DNA of 64,000 nucleotides, from NCBI GenBank assembly GCA_964016885.1, contig OZ024758.1, forward strand, positions 17,546,001 to 17,610,000. The letters are read 5' to 3'. The notes beneath the pieces were generated by a model. That model was not told where the DNA came from, ran no database searches, and worked only from the letters and a program-made list of their open reading frames with translations. Shown piece after piece: positions 24,998 to 38,447 of this stretch (positions are counted from its first letter, which is position 1; every line of letters begins with the position of its first letter). Origin of the DNA: Eledone cirrhosa (lineage: Eukaryota). The position numbers were made by a program, and so were the translations under genes.

Positions 24998-26742
24998 TTA
25001 GGTTGAGGAAAAAGTTTGTGCAGCGTGTTAAAATAATGGTTGCGCCATCAACACTGAACTTTACTGCAACCAGCTTGATCAAGTCTATGATGCGCTGGTT
25101 GAAAAGTACCCAAGTCTTGTTCATCGAAAACGCGCTTTGTTTCAACAAGACAATGCATAGCAGCATACCGCCAGAAAGTCCAGCAACAAGATTGAAGAAT
25201 TGCATGATGTGGAAGTTTCTGCTGCATCCAGCCTATAGTCCAGACGCTGCTCCATCTGACTACAGTCGCTTCTGATCAATGCAAAGCCGCATACCGCCAG
25301 AAAGACCAGCAACAAGATTGAAGAATTGGACGGTGTGGAAGTTCTGCCTCATCCAGCCCATAGTCCAGACATTGCTCCATCTGACTACAGTCTCTTCTGA
25401 TCAATGCAAAGCCACATACCGCCAGAAAGACCAGCAACAAGATTGAAGAATTGGACGGTGTGGAAGTTCTGCCTCATCCAGCCCATAGTCCAGACATTGC
25501 TCCATCTGACTACAGTCTCTTCTGATCAATGCAAAGCCACATACCGCCAGAAAGACCAGCAACAAGATTGAAGAATTGGACGGTGTGGAAGTTCTGCCTC
25601 ATCCAGCCCATAGTCCAGACATTGCTCCATCTGACTACAGTCTCTTCTGATCAATGCAAAGCCACATACCGCCAGAAAGACCAGCAACAAGATTGAAGAA
25701 TTGGACAGTGTGGAAGTTCTGCCTCATCCAGCCCATAGTCCAGACATTGCTCCATCTGACTACAGTCTCTTCTGATCAATGCAAAGCCACATACCGCCAG
25801 AAAGACCAGCAACAAGATTGAAGAATTGGACAGTGTGGAAGTTCTGCCTCATCCAGCCCATAGTCCAGACATTGCTCCATCTGACTACAGTCTCTTCTGA
25901 TCAATGCAAAGCCACATACCGCCAGAAAGACCAGCAACAAGATTGAAGAATTGGACAGTGTGGAAGTTCTGCCTCATCCAGCCCATAGTCCAGACGCTGC
26001 TCCATCTGACTACAGTCTCTTCCGATCAATGCAAAGCCACATATCGCCAGAAAGACCAGCAACAAGATTGAAGAATTGGACAGTGTGGAAGTTCTGCCTC
26101 ATCCAGCCCATAGTCCAGACGCTGCTCCATCTGACTACAGTCTCTTCTGATCAATGCAAAGCCACCAGAAAGACCAGCAACAAGATTGCCACATCCAGCC
26201 CATAGTCTAGACATTGCTCCATCTGACTACAGTCTCTTCTGATCAATGCAAAGCCGCATACCGCCAGAAAGACCAGCAACAAGATTGAAGAATTGGACAG
26301 TGTGGAAGTTCTGCCTCATCCAGCCCATAGTCCAGACATTGCTCCATCTGACTACAGTCTCTTCCGATCAATGCAAAGCCACATACCGCCAGAAAGACCA
26401 GCAACAAGATTGAAGAATTGGACAATGTGGAAGTTCTGCCTCATCCAGCCCATAGTCCAGACGCTGCTCCATCTGACTAAGGTCTCTTCTGATCAATGCA
26501 GCACTTTATGAAAGGTCACCGATTTGAGTCACTCGATGAAGTTGAAGAAGCCTGCCAAGCATTTTTCAATTCAAAGCCGAAGGATTGCTACCTTGACCAA
26601 ATCCGAAAGCTTGCAGATCGTTGGCAGAAGGTCGTGGACAATGAAGGTCTTTATTTTGAAGAATAGTTGTTGTTGTTTTTGAATAAATTCTTGCATAAAA
26701 AATCATTATTTTAACACCGTGCACAAACTTTTTCCTCAACCT
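24998..26742 (+). mobile_element. Internally deleted mariner transposon (transposase pseudogene)
   Basis: TIRs TTAGGTTGAGGAAAAAGTTTGTGCA..TGTTAAAATAATG / CATTATTTTAACACCGTGCACAAACTTTTTCCTCAACCT; encodes QQDNA, HPAYSPDAAPSDY and the C-terminus ...RWQKVVDNEGLYFEE*. Confidence 0.93.
25151..26500 (+). repeat. 125 bp tandem array (11 units) of the transposase catalytic-core segment
   Basis: CAATGCA starts at 25151, 25277, 25402, 25527, 25652, 25777, 25902, 26027, 26152 (short unit), 26244 and 26369. Confidence 0.95.
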
Positions 26743-27482
26743 GGAAACTTTCCCATTATTTAGCTGGTGTTTGGAATAAAACTAAACAAAAATTCTTACA
26801 TAAAATTATGTTGGAAGGGTTTGGTTGTGCTGGTGACATGACAAAAAGCACCCAGTTAATGCTTATGTATAATCTCATGTTCCTGCGAGTGCACAAGAGA
26901 GATTATCATGTCATTGATACATCTGAAGGTCCTCTCAATCCTTTGTTTGGCAAGATTTCTATGGCTGGATACCCTTATATGTGATAAATCTCGACATTTG
27001 AATTAGACTTCCACATAGTTCCTGTCAACCAAAATTCCCTCACATGGCTAGGGTCAACCAAGGATCTAGTAAAGGATGACACTTGCTTGAAGAAGGAGAA
27101 TGTTGAGGAGGAGGAGGTAGGTGGAGATGAGGGAGAAGAAAAAGGAGATGAAGGAAGAGAAGGAAGAGAAGAAGAAGATGAGGGGAAGAAGGAGAAAAAA
27201 GAGGAGAAGGAGAAGAAGAAAGAGAAGGAGAAGAAGAAAGAGATGAAGGAGAAGAAGAAACAGGGGGGGGGGGGGAATGAAGAAAGAGAAGAAGAAGAAT
27301 AGTATCCAGGCTAAAACCTTTGCAGTATTTAGTTATATTCTTTCTGTAACTGATTTATCCTCACATCCCCTGTTACCCTGGGGTGGGGGTGGGGCCAGAT
27401 AATGTAATCCAAGTCATAGCATCAATTTTATTGATTGAGCCCTTGCTCATAATTTATGGCCTTGTGGTTATCTTTCAAAACA

Positions 27483-27962
27483 ATAATTGTTTCTACTTTT
27501 GGCATTAGGCCGGCAATTATCCCAGTACATTATTGGTACTTTATTTTATCGACCCTGTAAGGATGAAAGGCAAAGTTAAGTGGGATTTGAACTAAGACCA
27601 TAAAGGGCTGTAACTCTACACCACAAAGCATGGTGTCCTACGCTTTACTGATTCTACCAATCCATCAAATAACTGTTTCAACTTGTGGCACAAGGCCAGC
27701 AATTACCCAGCAATTACCTAACACCAACCTTATTTACAGTGAGTGCTGGGTACCTTTTTGCCGTGGCACCACCACGACCACTTTTGCAGTGGAATGATAG
27801 GGACCCCAGTCTTATCATCTCATTTCTACAGCTGAGTAAACTGGAGCAATGTGAAATAAAGTATCTTGCTCAAGGAAACAACACATCACCCGGTCTGAGA
27901 ATTGAACTCACAACCTTCCGATTGCAAGCCAAATGCTTTAACCACTAAGCCATGTGCCTTCA
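27483..27962 (-). mobile_element. Adjacent SINE-A (27483-27665) and SINE-B (27718-27962)
   Basis: Family consensus matches on the minus strand. Confidence 0.85.
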
Positions 27963-28253
27963 CAATATACACAGAAATTGAATGAAGACTGCGTTACACT
28001 GTCTTATGTAATCAGTAACGTAATCCATGATACATTAAAAAATGACGATATAATATATAAACTGCATTAGGAGAAAATTAGTGACGGAAATATATGAATA
28101 TTTATTTAAGCGATCGCTAACCGGAAGTGTTGACATTTGAAAATTTTAAAGAAGTGAATCTTAAAATAAGCAACAAAATTATTTATATTTAATCAAGAAA
28201 CGAAGTTTAGTAGATAAATGATGTAACATTCATTCATTATTTATTCAAAGTAA

Positions 28254-28402
28254 TGCTTTCCAGCATAGTTACGTCCCTTTACGATCTGAGTTCAAATCCC
28301 GCCGAGGTTGATTTTACCTTTCATCCTTACGGGGTCGATAAAATAAAGTACCAGTAATGCACTGGGTAATTGCTGGCCTTGTGCCTAAAGTAGAAACAAT
28401 TA
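28254..28402 (+). mobile_element. 5'-truncated SINE-A with a 19 bp TSD
   Basis: ATTATTTATTCAAAGTAAT on both sides. Confidence 0.9.
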
Positions 28403-29767
28403 TTTATTCAAAGTAATCCAACTTATTTTACAAACGGGATAAAAAAAATGTATTCTGGACGTAGTCCCACACTCCTTACTTTATTATAGTTTGGATGTGG
28501 TTGTAATATAAATATACTCCTCTACCTTTTTTCACAGAACCCCAGACACTCGTTTATGGAACCCTTGGGTTCCACAGAAGCCAATTTTTGAAGTGCTGCT
28601 GTAGAGAATAAGTTGGGAGATTTGGTTGCTTTTTCTAGAAGGTTGAACAATCCCATAAAGTTTCCCTTGAGAAAGGGAAGAGTCCTGACATAAGCATATA
28701 GCTTCAACAAATGTCATCTTATTTCTGCTATCAATGGAATAAATATGCGTAAAAGTGAGGCAAGTGATGTTTAGAAATTTATCTAACTGCTCTGAAATAT
28801 TCATTCTGAGTTCAATGTCAGATTATTTTTCAAAAGATCAAGGTTCGCCATATCATGTCAATAGCATTGCACTGTTAAGACATTTCAACCTCACTGACAA
28901 AAGAGCCATAACAATTATCTCTGATAGATGCAGGTACATTCATATTTCTATTATTCCAAATCCAAACGTAGAGGTTTCATTCACGTAGCTTTCATTATTC
29001 CGACACAGTAGTAAAAGTGATGCTTTCTTTTATTAGATTTTCATGGACTTGGCACATAACCATGACTCTGGAATACACAAATTATAATAATATTGCAATA
29101 CTGAGTTTACTGCTATTTCCTGAATTCATATCACAAAAGCTTTCCATTTATATAGACCTGATAAGATAAAATCCAGTTCTCTGTTCTATTCCTTATCATT
29201 TGTCTGTTTTTCCTTGCTTGCTTGGGTTAGGCAAGTCCTCATCAGTACCCATCCAGGCTCTGCTTCACTTTGGGGCTAAGGAGGGTAACTCTCCAAATAT
29301 CGGTCACTGTCTGATAGGTTTCCAGTCGAGCCCATATCAGTGGAAACTTCTGGTGTCCTTGGCCTTAGGGTAACCTCACCACCATCGGCACAGAGTTGGC
29401 TACCCACAGGTATGAGCCTCATAATCTACCAATCCACCATATTATGACTATATGTATATTTCCAAGTTGATAAAATTCTTTTGATCTCAGGGGAAAACCA
29501 TTTACTGTTACAGTAGTAGGAAATTTTATAAAACTCCAAAGAAAATTTCAGCTATAAATTAATTACCATATTCTCTGAAAATTTGTTTAGGGCTCAAGGA
29601 TGTTTTGAGACAATCCTCTTTATTTCTGAGGCAGGATTTGATGTAAGAAAAGAAAACAATATATGGTTAGCAGGGTTAATATTCAATAATTAAATTCAGT
29701 TGCATGTTGCAGCTGAAGTTCAATAGAAGTTTGTCGCAAAGAAAAATGTAAAATATAACATAAAAGC

Positions 29768-29800
<33 letters not shown>

Positions 29801-31329
29801 AGTAAATAAATAATATTTTCATCACTAGTCTAGTTGATAAGAATAATTTTTTTATGACTTAGAGCAGGCTGCCAATTTTAGATGACCAATGGTAGATGTG
29901 TCTGCTTAAAATGTTCAAACCACATTATATATTATTTATTACTTTTACATTGTTGTACATGGCAGAGAAATATAGAGAGGAAGAGAAAGAAGAGGAAACA
30001 AGAGAGTGAGACAATGAGGGAAAGAGAGAGTGAGTGTGAGAGAGAGACATAAAACACAGACATTTTGTGTTGAATCATTTTATTCAAAGCATCATTATTC
30101 AATGTTCAAATCCGGTGGTGGACTTCTTTGGTTTTCATCTATATATAAATTAGAGTGACTTCTGTACGTCTGTCCATCACACAATGTGTGTGTGTTTGTG
30201 TATGTGTGTGTGTGTGTGTGAATGTATGTGTGTAAAAGGTAGGAAGAAGATGGTGCAAAAAAAAAAAAACTGTAGCAAAACAGTGACTGGTGTTCCATTA
30301 CCTTCTTAACACTAACCATTTTACAGAGTGTACTGGGTACATTTCACACCTGCACATGAGAAGTTCTTGACATGACAGAAGAGTTCTCTCAACACATTTT
30401 GATACGGTTTCTATAGATAGAAGAGCTTCTTAACATAACCATTTTACAGAGTGTACTGGGTGAATTTTTCATCTGCGCATGAGAAGTTGGCCTGTCATTG
30501 ACATGGCAGAAGTGTCCTCTCAATGCTATTTTTTTCATGACCTCTGTGGCTATATACTCTTCCTAGCACCTTACACTCTACAAAGTATACAATATCCTTT
30601 AATGTAGTACCACATTCTAAGAAATGATGCCATTTCCTTCCAAACATTATTTTAACATCAGTTAACAACTTGTAGTATAAAATTTATTTCTTTTGGTGTT
30701 GTTGTCTGTATTTTATGTTTTTCCTTGTGAGAATGTTTATAAAGAGAGAGCAGGTGAGAGGTGTCAACTGTCTTAAACAAATATAAAAAAATCTGAAAAA
30801 ATTATCTTGAAAACCAAAAAAAAAAAAAGAAACTAAACAAAAAAGAAGACAAAACAAATAAATAAAAAAACATGCAAAAAAAAAACCCAAGATATTTAAA
30901 TGCAGAATGAAAACAAGTTAAGTAAAATAAAATTAGATAAAACATTTCTTAAAAGTGTCTTCATGATTCTCTGCTAAATAATGTTTTACATAAAAGACTA
31001 AGATTGAAAATAAATATATCACATAAAAAAAAAAAAATAAACAAGATAAAGGAAAAATGTTAATAGAAAGGAACTGAAAAAAAACGACAACAAAAAAACA
31101 ACCACAACTAAAGAGCCCCAAAAGACAGAAAAATGACATGAATTCGGCAAATGTTAGAAAAAGCCGAAAAAGTAAAAAGGAAAGAAAAAAAAAGTTTTTA
31201 CAAGATTTTGGTAACTTACACACAAGCTTAAGTTTTACTTCAAGATTATTTTCTCCTAAAGGAGGTGATACAGGTACTTGTAGCTATTAACATATTCACC
31301 CATGCATATAGACACTAAAAGAAATAGTT

Positions 31330-32360
31330 GTATACACACACACATATACATACACACATATTACTCATGCATATAAAGATACATATACACACAAACATAT
31401 ACTTGTGCATACAAACATACAGACACATGCATATACATACACACATATATTCATGCTTATAAAGATACATATACACACAAACATATACTTGTGCATACAA
31501 ACATACAGACACATGCATATACATACACACATATATTCATGCTTATAAAGATACATATACGCACACACATATACTTGTGCATACAAACATACAGACACAC
31601 ACATATACACACACACATATACTCATGCATATAAAGATACATATACACACACACATATACTTGTGCATACAAACATACAGACACATACATACACACATAT
31701 ACTCATGCCTATAAAGATACATATACACACACACATATACTTGTGCATACAAACATACAGACACATACATATACATACACACATATTACTCATGCATATA
31801 AAGATACATATACACACACACATATACTTGTGCATACAAACATACAAACACATGCATATACACACACACATATACTCATGCATATAAAGATACATATACA
31901 CACACATATACTTGTGCATACAAACATACATATACATACATGTACATACACACATATACTCATTCATATAAAGATACATATACACATACAAATATAGTTG
32001 TGCATACAAACATACAGACACACACATATACTCATGCATATAAACATATACATACACACACATATACTCATGCATATATGAACATATATGCACATGCTCA
32101 TACACACATATACTTGTGCATTCAAACATCTACACACACACACATACACACATATACTTATGCATATAAACATATATACACACACACATATACTTGTGCA
32201 TACAAACATCTACATACACACACACATACACACATATAATCATGCATATAAACATATATACACACACACATAGACACATAGTTTGGCATATACACACACA
32301 TACACACATATACGTGTGCATATTAACATACACACACACATCCACACATCCACATATATA
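31330..32360. repeat. ~80-86 bp CA/TA-derived minisatellite
   Basis: Recurrent ATAAAGATACATATAC...TACTTGTGCATACAAACATACAGACAC. Confidence 0.93.
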
Positions 32361-32548
32361 TATATGCTTAAATTTTGTGATCCATCACTAGGTAGAATTA
32401 ATCTTTCCTCGAATTAAACCATGATGTAATATTATGAAAGCACTCAACATCATGCAACTTATCCATCTTTGATGTCGAATCCTTTTATTCGTGTGGGAAC
32501 AGAGTTGAATTATATTGTGTTATATTTATATTTTACCCTATAATATAT

Positions 32549-32927
32549 CATCATTTCATCATCATTTCATTTTATGTGCCCTTTTCCCTGCTTGCAAGGG
32601 TGGGATGGGAACTGATTCTGGCTTGATTTCTACAGCTGGATGCCCTTCCTTTACAGTGAGTGCTGGGTGCTTTTTTTCTGTGGTGCCTACACGTCCACTT
32701 TACAGTGTGGGCTGGGTGCTTTATTGCTGTGGCACCTCCACGACCACTTTACAGTGGAATGATATGGACCCCAGTCCCTATCATCTCATTTCTACAGCTG
32801 AGTAAACTGGAGCAATGTGAAATAAAGTGTCTTGCTCAAGGAAACAACACATCACCCAGTCTAAGAATTGAACTCACAACCTTTCGTTTCCAAGGCCAAT
32901 GCTCTAACCACTAAGCCATGTGCTTCC
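32549..32927 (-). mobile_element. SINE-B with an internal duplication
   Basis: Family consensus. Confidence 0.9.
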
Positions 32928-33446
32928 ATATATATATATTTATACATTTGTAATGATAGCAACACTTCACTCATCCTACCTAACCTAGAGAATCTACTAC
33001 ACATCCTCCTACATGTTGAAAGTCCTCTGATACTTCAAATTAGCCAACTGAGAAAAGCTTAGCCAATTTTTTTTTTATTGACTAAACCCAAAGGCAAATG
33101 TACTTTACTCTGACATATCAAAGACAACTGTCTTTATATATATACACAGGAATACTAAACCAATCTTCTAAGCATATAACTTTTATATATTTTACATCAC
33201 TAAAGAACATAACTCCAAATCCACCATACAGTTTAACGAGAGTTGATGTCACGAGAACAATATATATAGAGAGAGATAAAGCAGGTTTCATTAATGAAAC
33301 AGCAAACTTTATTTAGTCAAATACAGCATAAGCACATGATTCTACCTTATTTTTAAACTTCGCTCTTTCATAAACAAAGCCTGCTTTGTGTCTCTCTCTG
33401 TATGTCTGTCAGTCTCTCTCCCTCCCTCTCCCTCCACCCCTCCCCC

Positions 33447-33485
<39 letters not shown>

Positions 33486-33675
33486 ATAAATCAAGAGTGG
33501 CACCACCAGGGTGAACTTGTCGATAGAATTCTTTCTGCCTTTGTTACTCTAAATATTGTTTTTAAAAAATTCCCTTTTCTTTAAACCCATCAACTAATGA
33601 CCTCCACCTATCCCAATCACCACCCTCTCCTACCACCAGAAAAGATATAAATACCACCATATTACTTGGACAGTT

Positions 33676-33726
33676 GGCTTCCTGATGATTTCTCCCGAAT
33701 GAAACAGTTCTAGTCCTGTAGAAGCC
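33676..33726 (+). ncRNA. Type I hammerhead motif (family P1)
   Basis: GGCTTC-CTGATGA-TTTC tccc GAAT-GAAA-CAG ttctagtc CTG-TA-GAAGCC; TATAAATA about 25 bp upstream, ATTAAA downstream. Stem II is weak (U-U closing pair). Confidence 0.72.
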
Positions 33727-33736
33727 TTTTCTATAT

Positions 33737-33786
<50 letters not shown>

Positions 33787-34580
33787 AATATAGATTCAGC
33801 GAGAATTGCATTTTGGCGGGTAGGAAAGGCAAAACGAAACGCAAAAATCATAAATGACACTGGCAAAGTGCTCAATAGTTAAAAACCAGAGCTAAACAAT
33901 GTGTTAAGAAGCCATACAGAACTGAAAAAGTAGTCAAGAAAGCATCAACCACCTTAGCCAAAAAGCAAATCAAGCAAAATAGGTCAAAACAAAATAAATG
34001 ATAAATGATAAAAAATAAATGATAAAACCAGATCTGGACCCTATGGAATTGCTGTTAAAATCCAATGCAAGGTTTCTATGAGACCTATATAAAAGTACTG
34101 TCTGCTTAAAAATAAAAGCTTTGGGTATAATGATTGAACTAGGAATATAACGTACCAAATTTGTGAGTGACACAGAATATTTACTTACATGCATATCACC
34201 AGCAGGTGATATGCATGTAAGTAAATATTCTCTTTATCTGATATTTTGTAACTAACCTTACATAGATCAATAACGAAGTATAGCTACAATGTATTATCAT
34301 CACCTAGAAACGATTGTAAAGCAGTGAAGTATATCTCTAATGACTTGAATTTTTATTTCATTGTTTTAACTTATATCATGACTCTGTTTTACTTTTAATG
34401 TTTTCTTGTTTTCTGGGATTTATTTTAACCTACAACATTTTCAACATATGGATTACATTGAGTTCTTCATGCAGAATAGACCCCACAACTTACCGTGGAT
34501 ATCTCTGTGTATATATATATATAAATATATACATATAAATATCTACATATATATATAAATATATACATATATAAATATAT

Positions 34581-35119
34581 ATCATCATCATCATTTCACT
34601 TTACGTTCGCTTTTTCCCTGCTTGCAAGGGTGGGACGGGAACTGATTCTGGCTTGATTTCTACAGCTGGATGCCCTTCCTAACACCAACCTCATTTACAG
34701 TGAGTGCTGGGTGCTTTTTTGCACCTCTACGACCACTTTGCAGTGGAGTGATAGGGACCCCAGTCCCTATCTCATTTCTACAGAGTAAACTGGAGCAATG
34801 TGAAATAAAGTGTCTTGCTCAAGGAAACATCACATCACCCGGTCTGAGAATTGAACTCACAACCTTTCGATTGCAAGGCCAATGCTCTAACCACTAAACC
34901 ATGTGCCTCCAGATATATATATATACATAGGTCGGTGGATTGGCAGTATCGGTAGAGGGTCGGACGCCATGCTTTCCAGCATAGTTACGTCCCTTTACGA
35001 TCTGAGTTCAAATCCCGCTGAGGTTGACTTTGCCTTTCATCCTTACGGGGTCGATAAAATAAAGTACCAGTAATGCACTGGGTAATTGCTGGCCTTGTGC
35101 CTAAAGTAGAAACAATTAT
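34581..35119. mobile_element. Head-to-head SINE-B (34581-34910, minus) and SINE-A (34930-35119, plus)
   Basis: Family consensus matches. Confidence 0.9.
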
Positions 35120-35193
35120 ATATATAAATATATATATATATATACATACATACATATATATATATATACATACATACATACATATATATATAC

Positions 35194-35248
<55 letters not shown>

Positions 35249-35251
35249 TAC

Positions 35252-35314
<63 letters not shown>

Positions 35315-35346
35315 TAAAAGTAAAGTTAAAAATATAAGTAAATAAC

Positions 35347-35401
<55 letters not shown>

Positions 35402-36079
35402 TATAAGCCGCCACAACAGGTGGGCCCAGAAAATCGTTAAAGAGGAAAGAGAAGAGGTCTTTGATTTCCATTGGCGGCAGACATACATTAGTATTCATGA
35501 CTTAAGATAGTATTTTATTTCTTTCACTTCAATCTTTATGACACTGTTGTCAAGATAGAAAACGATTGACCATTTGCTGTGGTAGGCTTATGTGTGTGGA
35601 TGTGTGTATATATGTGTATACGTGTATGTGTGTTTGTGTATGTGTGTCTATATGTGTGTTTTTGTATGTGTGTATATTTATATGTGTGTATTTATGTGTA
35701 TTTATGTGTATTTATGTGTATTTATGTGTGTATGTGTATATATATACATATATTTATACATGCGTATATATATTATTTTTTTATATATACACATGCATAT
35801 ATCTATCTATATATATACATGCATATATATGTTTCTATATATACATGCATATATATATTTCTATATATACATGCATATATATATAATTATATATATATAC
35901 ACATGCATATATATATAATTATATATATACATGCATATATATATTTATATATATACATGCATATATATATAATTATATATATATACACATGCATATATAT
36001 ATATATTTATATATATGCACAAACATATAGATACACACACACACACACATATATTTATATATACACAAAAATACATACA

Positions 36080-36130
<51 letters not shown>

Positions 36131-36176
36131 TTATCGATCATGATGATAATGATGATGCAGTCATGATGGTTGTGGT

Positions 36177-36212
<36 letters not shown>

Positions 36213-36656
36213 GTGATGATGTAAAAGAAAATAGAAGAAACAAAAAAAGGCCTCATGTTTGACTACAAGACATTGTTATTGATTTCTTAAATAGATATCG
36301 GTTGTTATAAGGTAGAGTCAGCTGTCTGGCAACTTCCATCTTTCCTTTCCTTTCCTTCCTCCTCCTCATCCACTTCCTCATTTTACTGATACTACTACTA
36401 ATACTGATGGTGATGATGATGGCTATCATAATTATAATCTTGAAAATTTTCTTTATGCCGTATTATGTCATTTTTTTGCCATGTATTTTCTTCTCAAATG
36501 TTCACTAGACAGATACAGGCTGGCCTGTAGCCTGTGTGGTTTGAGAGTTTGGTACACAAACCTATGGTTTCAGGTTCTGTCCAATCGCATGACACCTTGA
36601 GCAAGTGACATCTATGTCTATGTATATATGTATACATATATGCATATATCTATGTA

Positions 36657-36701
<45 letters not shown>

Positions 36702-36704
<3 letters not shown>

Positions 36705-36776
36705 GATAAATCTACCAAAATGTACGGTAGCGTCCAATCCGTATGAAGAACTCAATGTAATCCGAATATCTATGTA

Positions 36777-36828
<52 letters not shown>

Positions 36829-36904
36829 TGTAGATAATTCTACCAAAATGTACGGTAGTGTCCAATCCGTATGCAGAACTCAATGTAATCCGAATATCTA
36901 TGTA

Positions 36905-36960
<56 letters not shown>

Positions 36961-37036
36961 GATAATTCTACCAAAATGTACGGTAGTGTCCAATCCGTAT
37001 GAAGAACTCAATGTAATCCGAATATCTATGTATGCA
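36702..37036. repeat. Three ~78 bp units separated by (TA)n
   Basis: GTAGATAATTCTACCAAAATGTACGGTAG...GAATATCTATGTATGCA three times. Confidence 0.93.
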
Positions 37037-37072
37037 TATATATATATATATATATGTATATATATGTATCCC

Positions 37073-37143
37073 TATTTTATCTGACGAAAACGCAAATGTC
37101 ATCTCATGATGATATTTGTTTTTGAAAAGCGCCTAATAAAATA
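37073..37143 (+). ncRNA. Type I hammerhead motif, stem III degenerate (family P5)
   Basis: TATTTTAT-CTGACGA-..CAAATGTCAT..ATGATATTTG..-GAAA-AGCGCCTA-ATAAAATA; paralog of 43444-43514. Confidence 0.6.
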
Positions 37144-37318
37144 CATGGAACTCTTTTAACCATCTTTTGATCTTATATTATTTATACTCCAGTCCTACAA
37201 ACTGTAGAGTTCTACTTATCCGATATCTGCATTGCTTTATTGTACTACAATAAAACTCTCCTCCTACATATATATATATATATATATATATGTGAGTGTA
37301 TGTATATATATATATATA

Positions 37319-38250
37319 TAATTGAATAAACAAGAGAGATGAACACTAATATAAACATACATGTGTTTGAATCGTAAGGACCAAAATTTGGTCCTTACAA
37401 TTTGAACACATATATGTTTATATTAGTGTTCATCTCACTTGTTTATTCAATTATATTGTACGGCTCGGAAAAGCTTTTTTCTTAGAGCTATTTAATTGTG
37501 AGAGACTACCCGGAGTCCTTAACTCAATATATATTTGTCGGCTTCATCATGTGGAGCTAATTTTTATTGTCCTGTCAGCCAGGCTGCTATTTTTAGCGGC
37601 AGGGAATTTCGAGACAAGCTGGGTTCCGAATAACACATGCGATAATTCATATCATACACAATTCATTCTCTAATTATTTTTAGAAGTGAAAGGATCACTA
37701 ATTTCTCAACAACTACTGAGGAGCAGAGAAACGTGAGAACTTCCCTTAATAAGTCATTGCGAAACAGTCTCCAACACTGTCTAGTTGTTACCAGGCATTT
37801 TTGCCCAATATAGGTCTGTTATTTTTCTTAATTTTTCTTAATTTAATATTTAAAGTTAAGGATAACAAACCCTATTGCTGTAGTTAGTATTTTTTCAGCC
37901 TAGCAAATTTTAGTCCTTACGATTCGAACACATGTATGTTTATACAAGCAAATTATAAACGTAAACATGTAAGTATGTTTTTGAAACGGTGCGCGAGTTT
38001 GAAATTAGAAATTAGAAATTATAAGCTTTCACCGTATTTTAGACTAAAGAAATTTCTAGCCTGATAGTGGGGTTTATAACCCTCGGAGAAATGGAAAATA
38101 CGGTGAAAGCTTATAATTTCTAATTTCTAATTACATGTATATTTATATTAGTGTTCATCTCTCTTGTTTATTCAATTATATTGTACGGCTCGGAAAAGCT
38201 TTTTTCTTAGAGCTATTTAATTGTAAGGGACTACCCTGAGTTCTTAACTC
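37319..38250 (+). mobile_element. Composite element with pLTR-like direct repeats (37390-37530 and 37910-38250), an inverted 5' arm and an internal hammerhead
   Basis: 65 bp arms 37319-37384 / 37389-37453; the second repeat is interrupted by 37945-38132. Confidence 0.65.
37708..37789 (+). ncRNA. Type I hammerhead ribozyme motif with GUC cleavage triplet (family P6)
   Basis: AACAACTA-CTGAGGA-GCA..32 nt..TGC-GAA-ACAGT ctccaac ACTGT-C-TAGTTGTT: 8 bp stem I, G-C closed stem II, 5 bp stem III. Confidence 0.82.
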
Positions 38251-38353
38251 AATATATATATATATACATAAATATATCATCATATATATATATATATATA
38301 ATTATATATATATATATAAATATATCATAATATATACGCACAAACATATAGAT

Positions 38354-38388
<35 letters not shown>

Positions 38389-38404
38389 CACAAAAATACA
38401 TACA

Positions 38405-38447
<43 letters not shown>

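Noticed and set aside
25151-26500. CRISPR-like regular array (also 36702, 41439 and 54609)
   Set aside because: There are no unique spacers and no cas genes, the context is eukaryotic, and the units are TE-derived.
27087-27302. E/K-rich ORF
   Set aside because: It is a purine-rich (GAA/GGA)n low-complexity tract with no splice or domain support.
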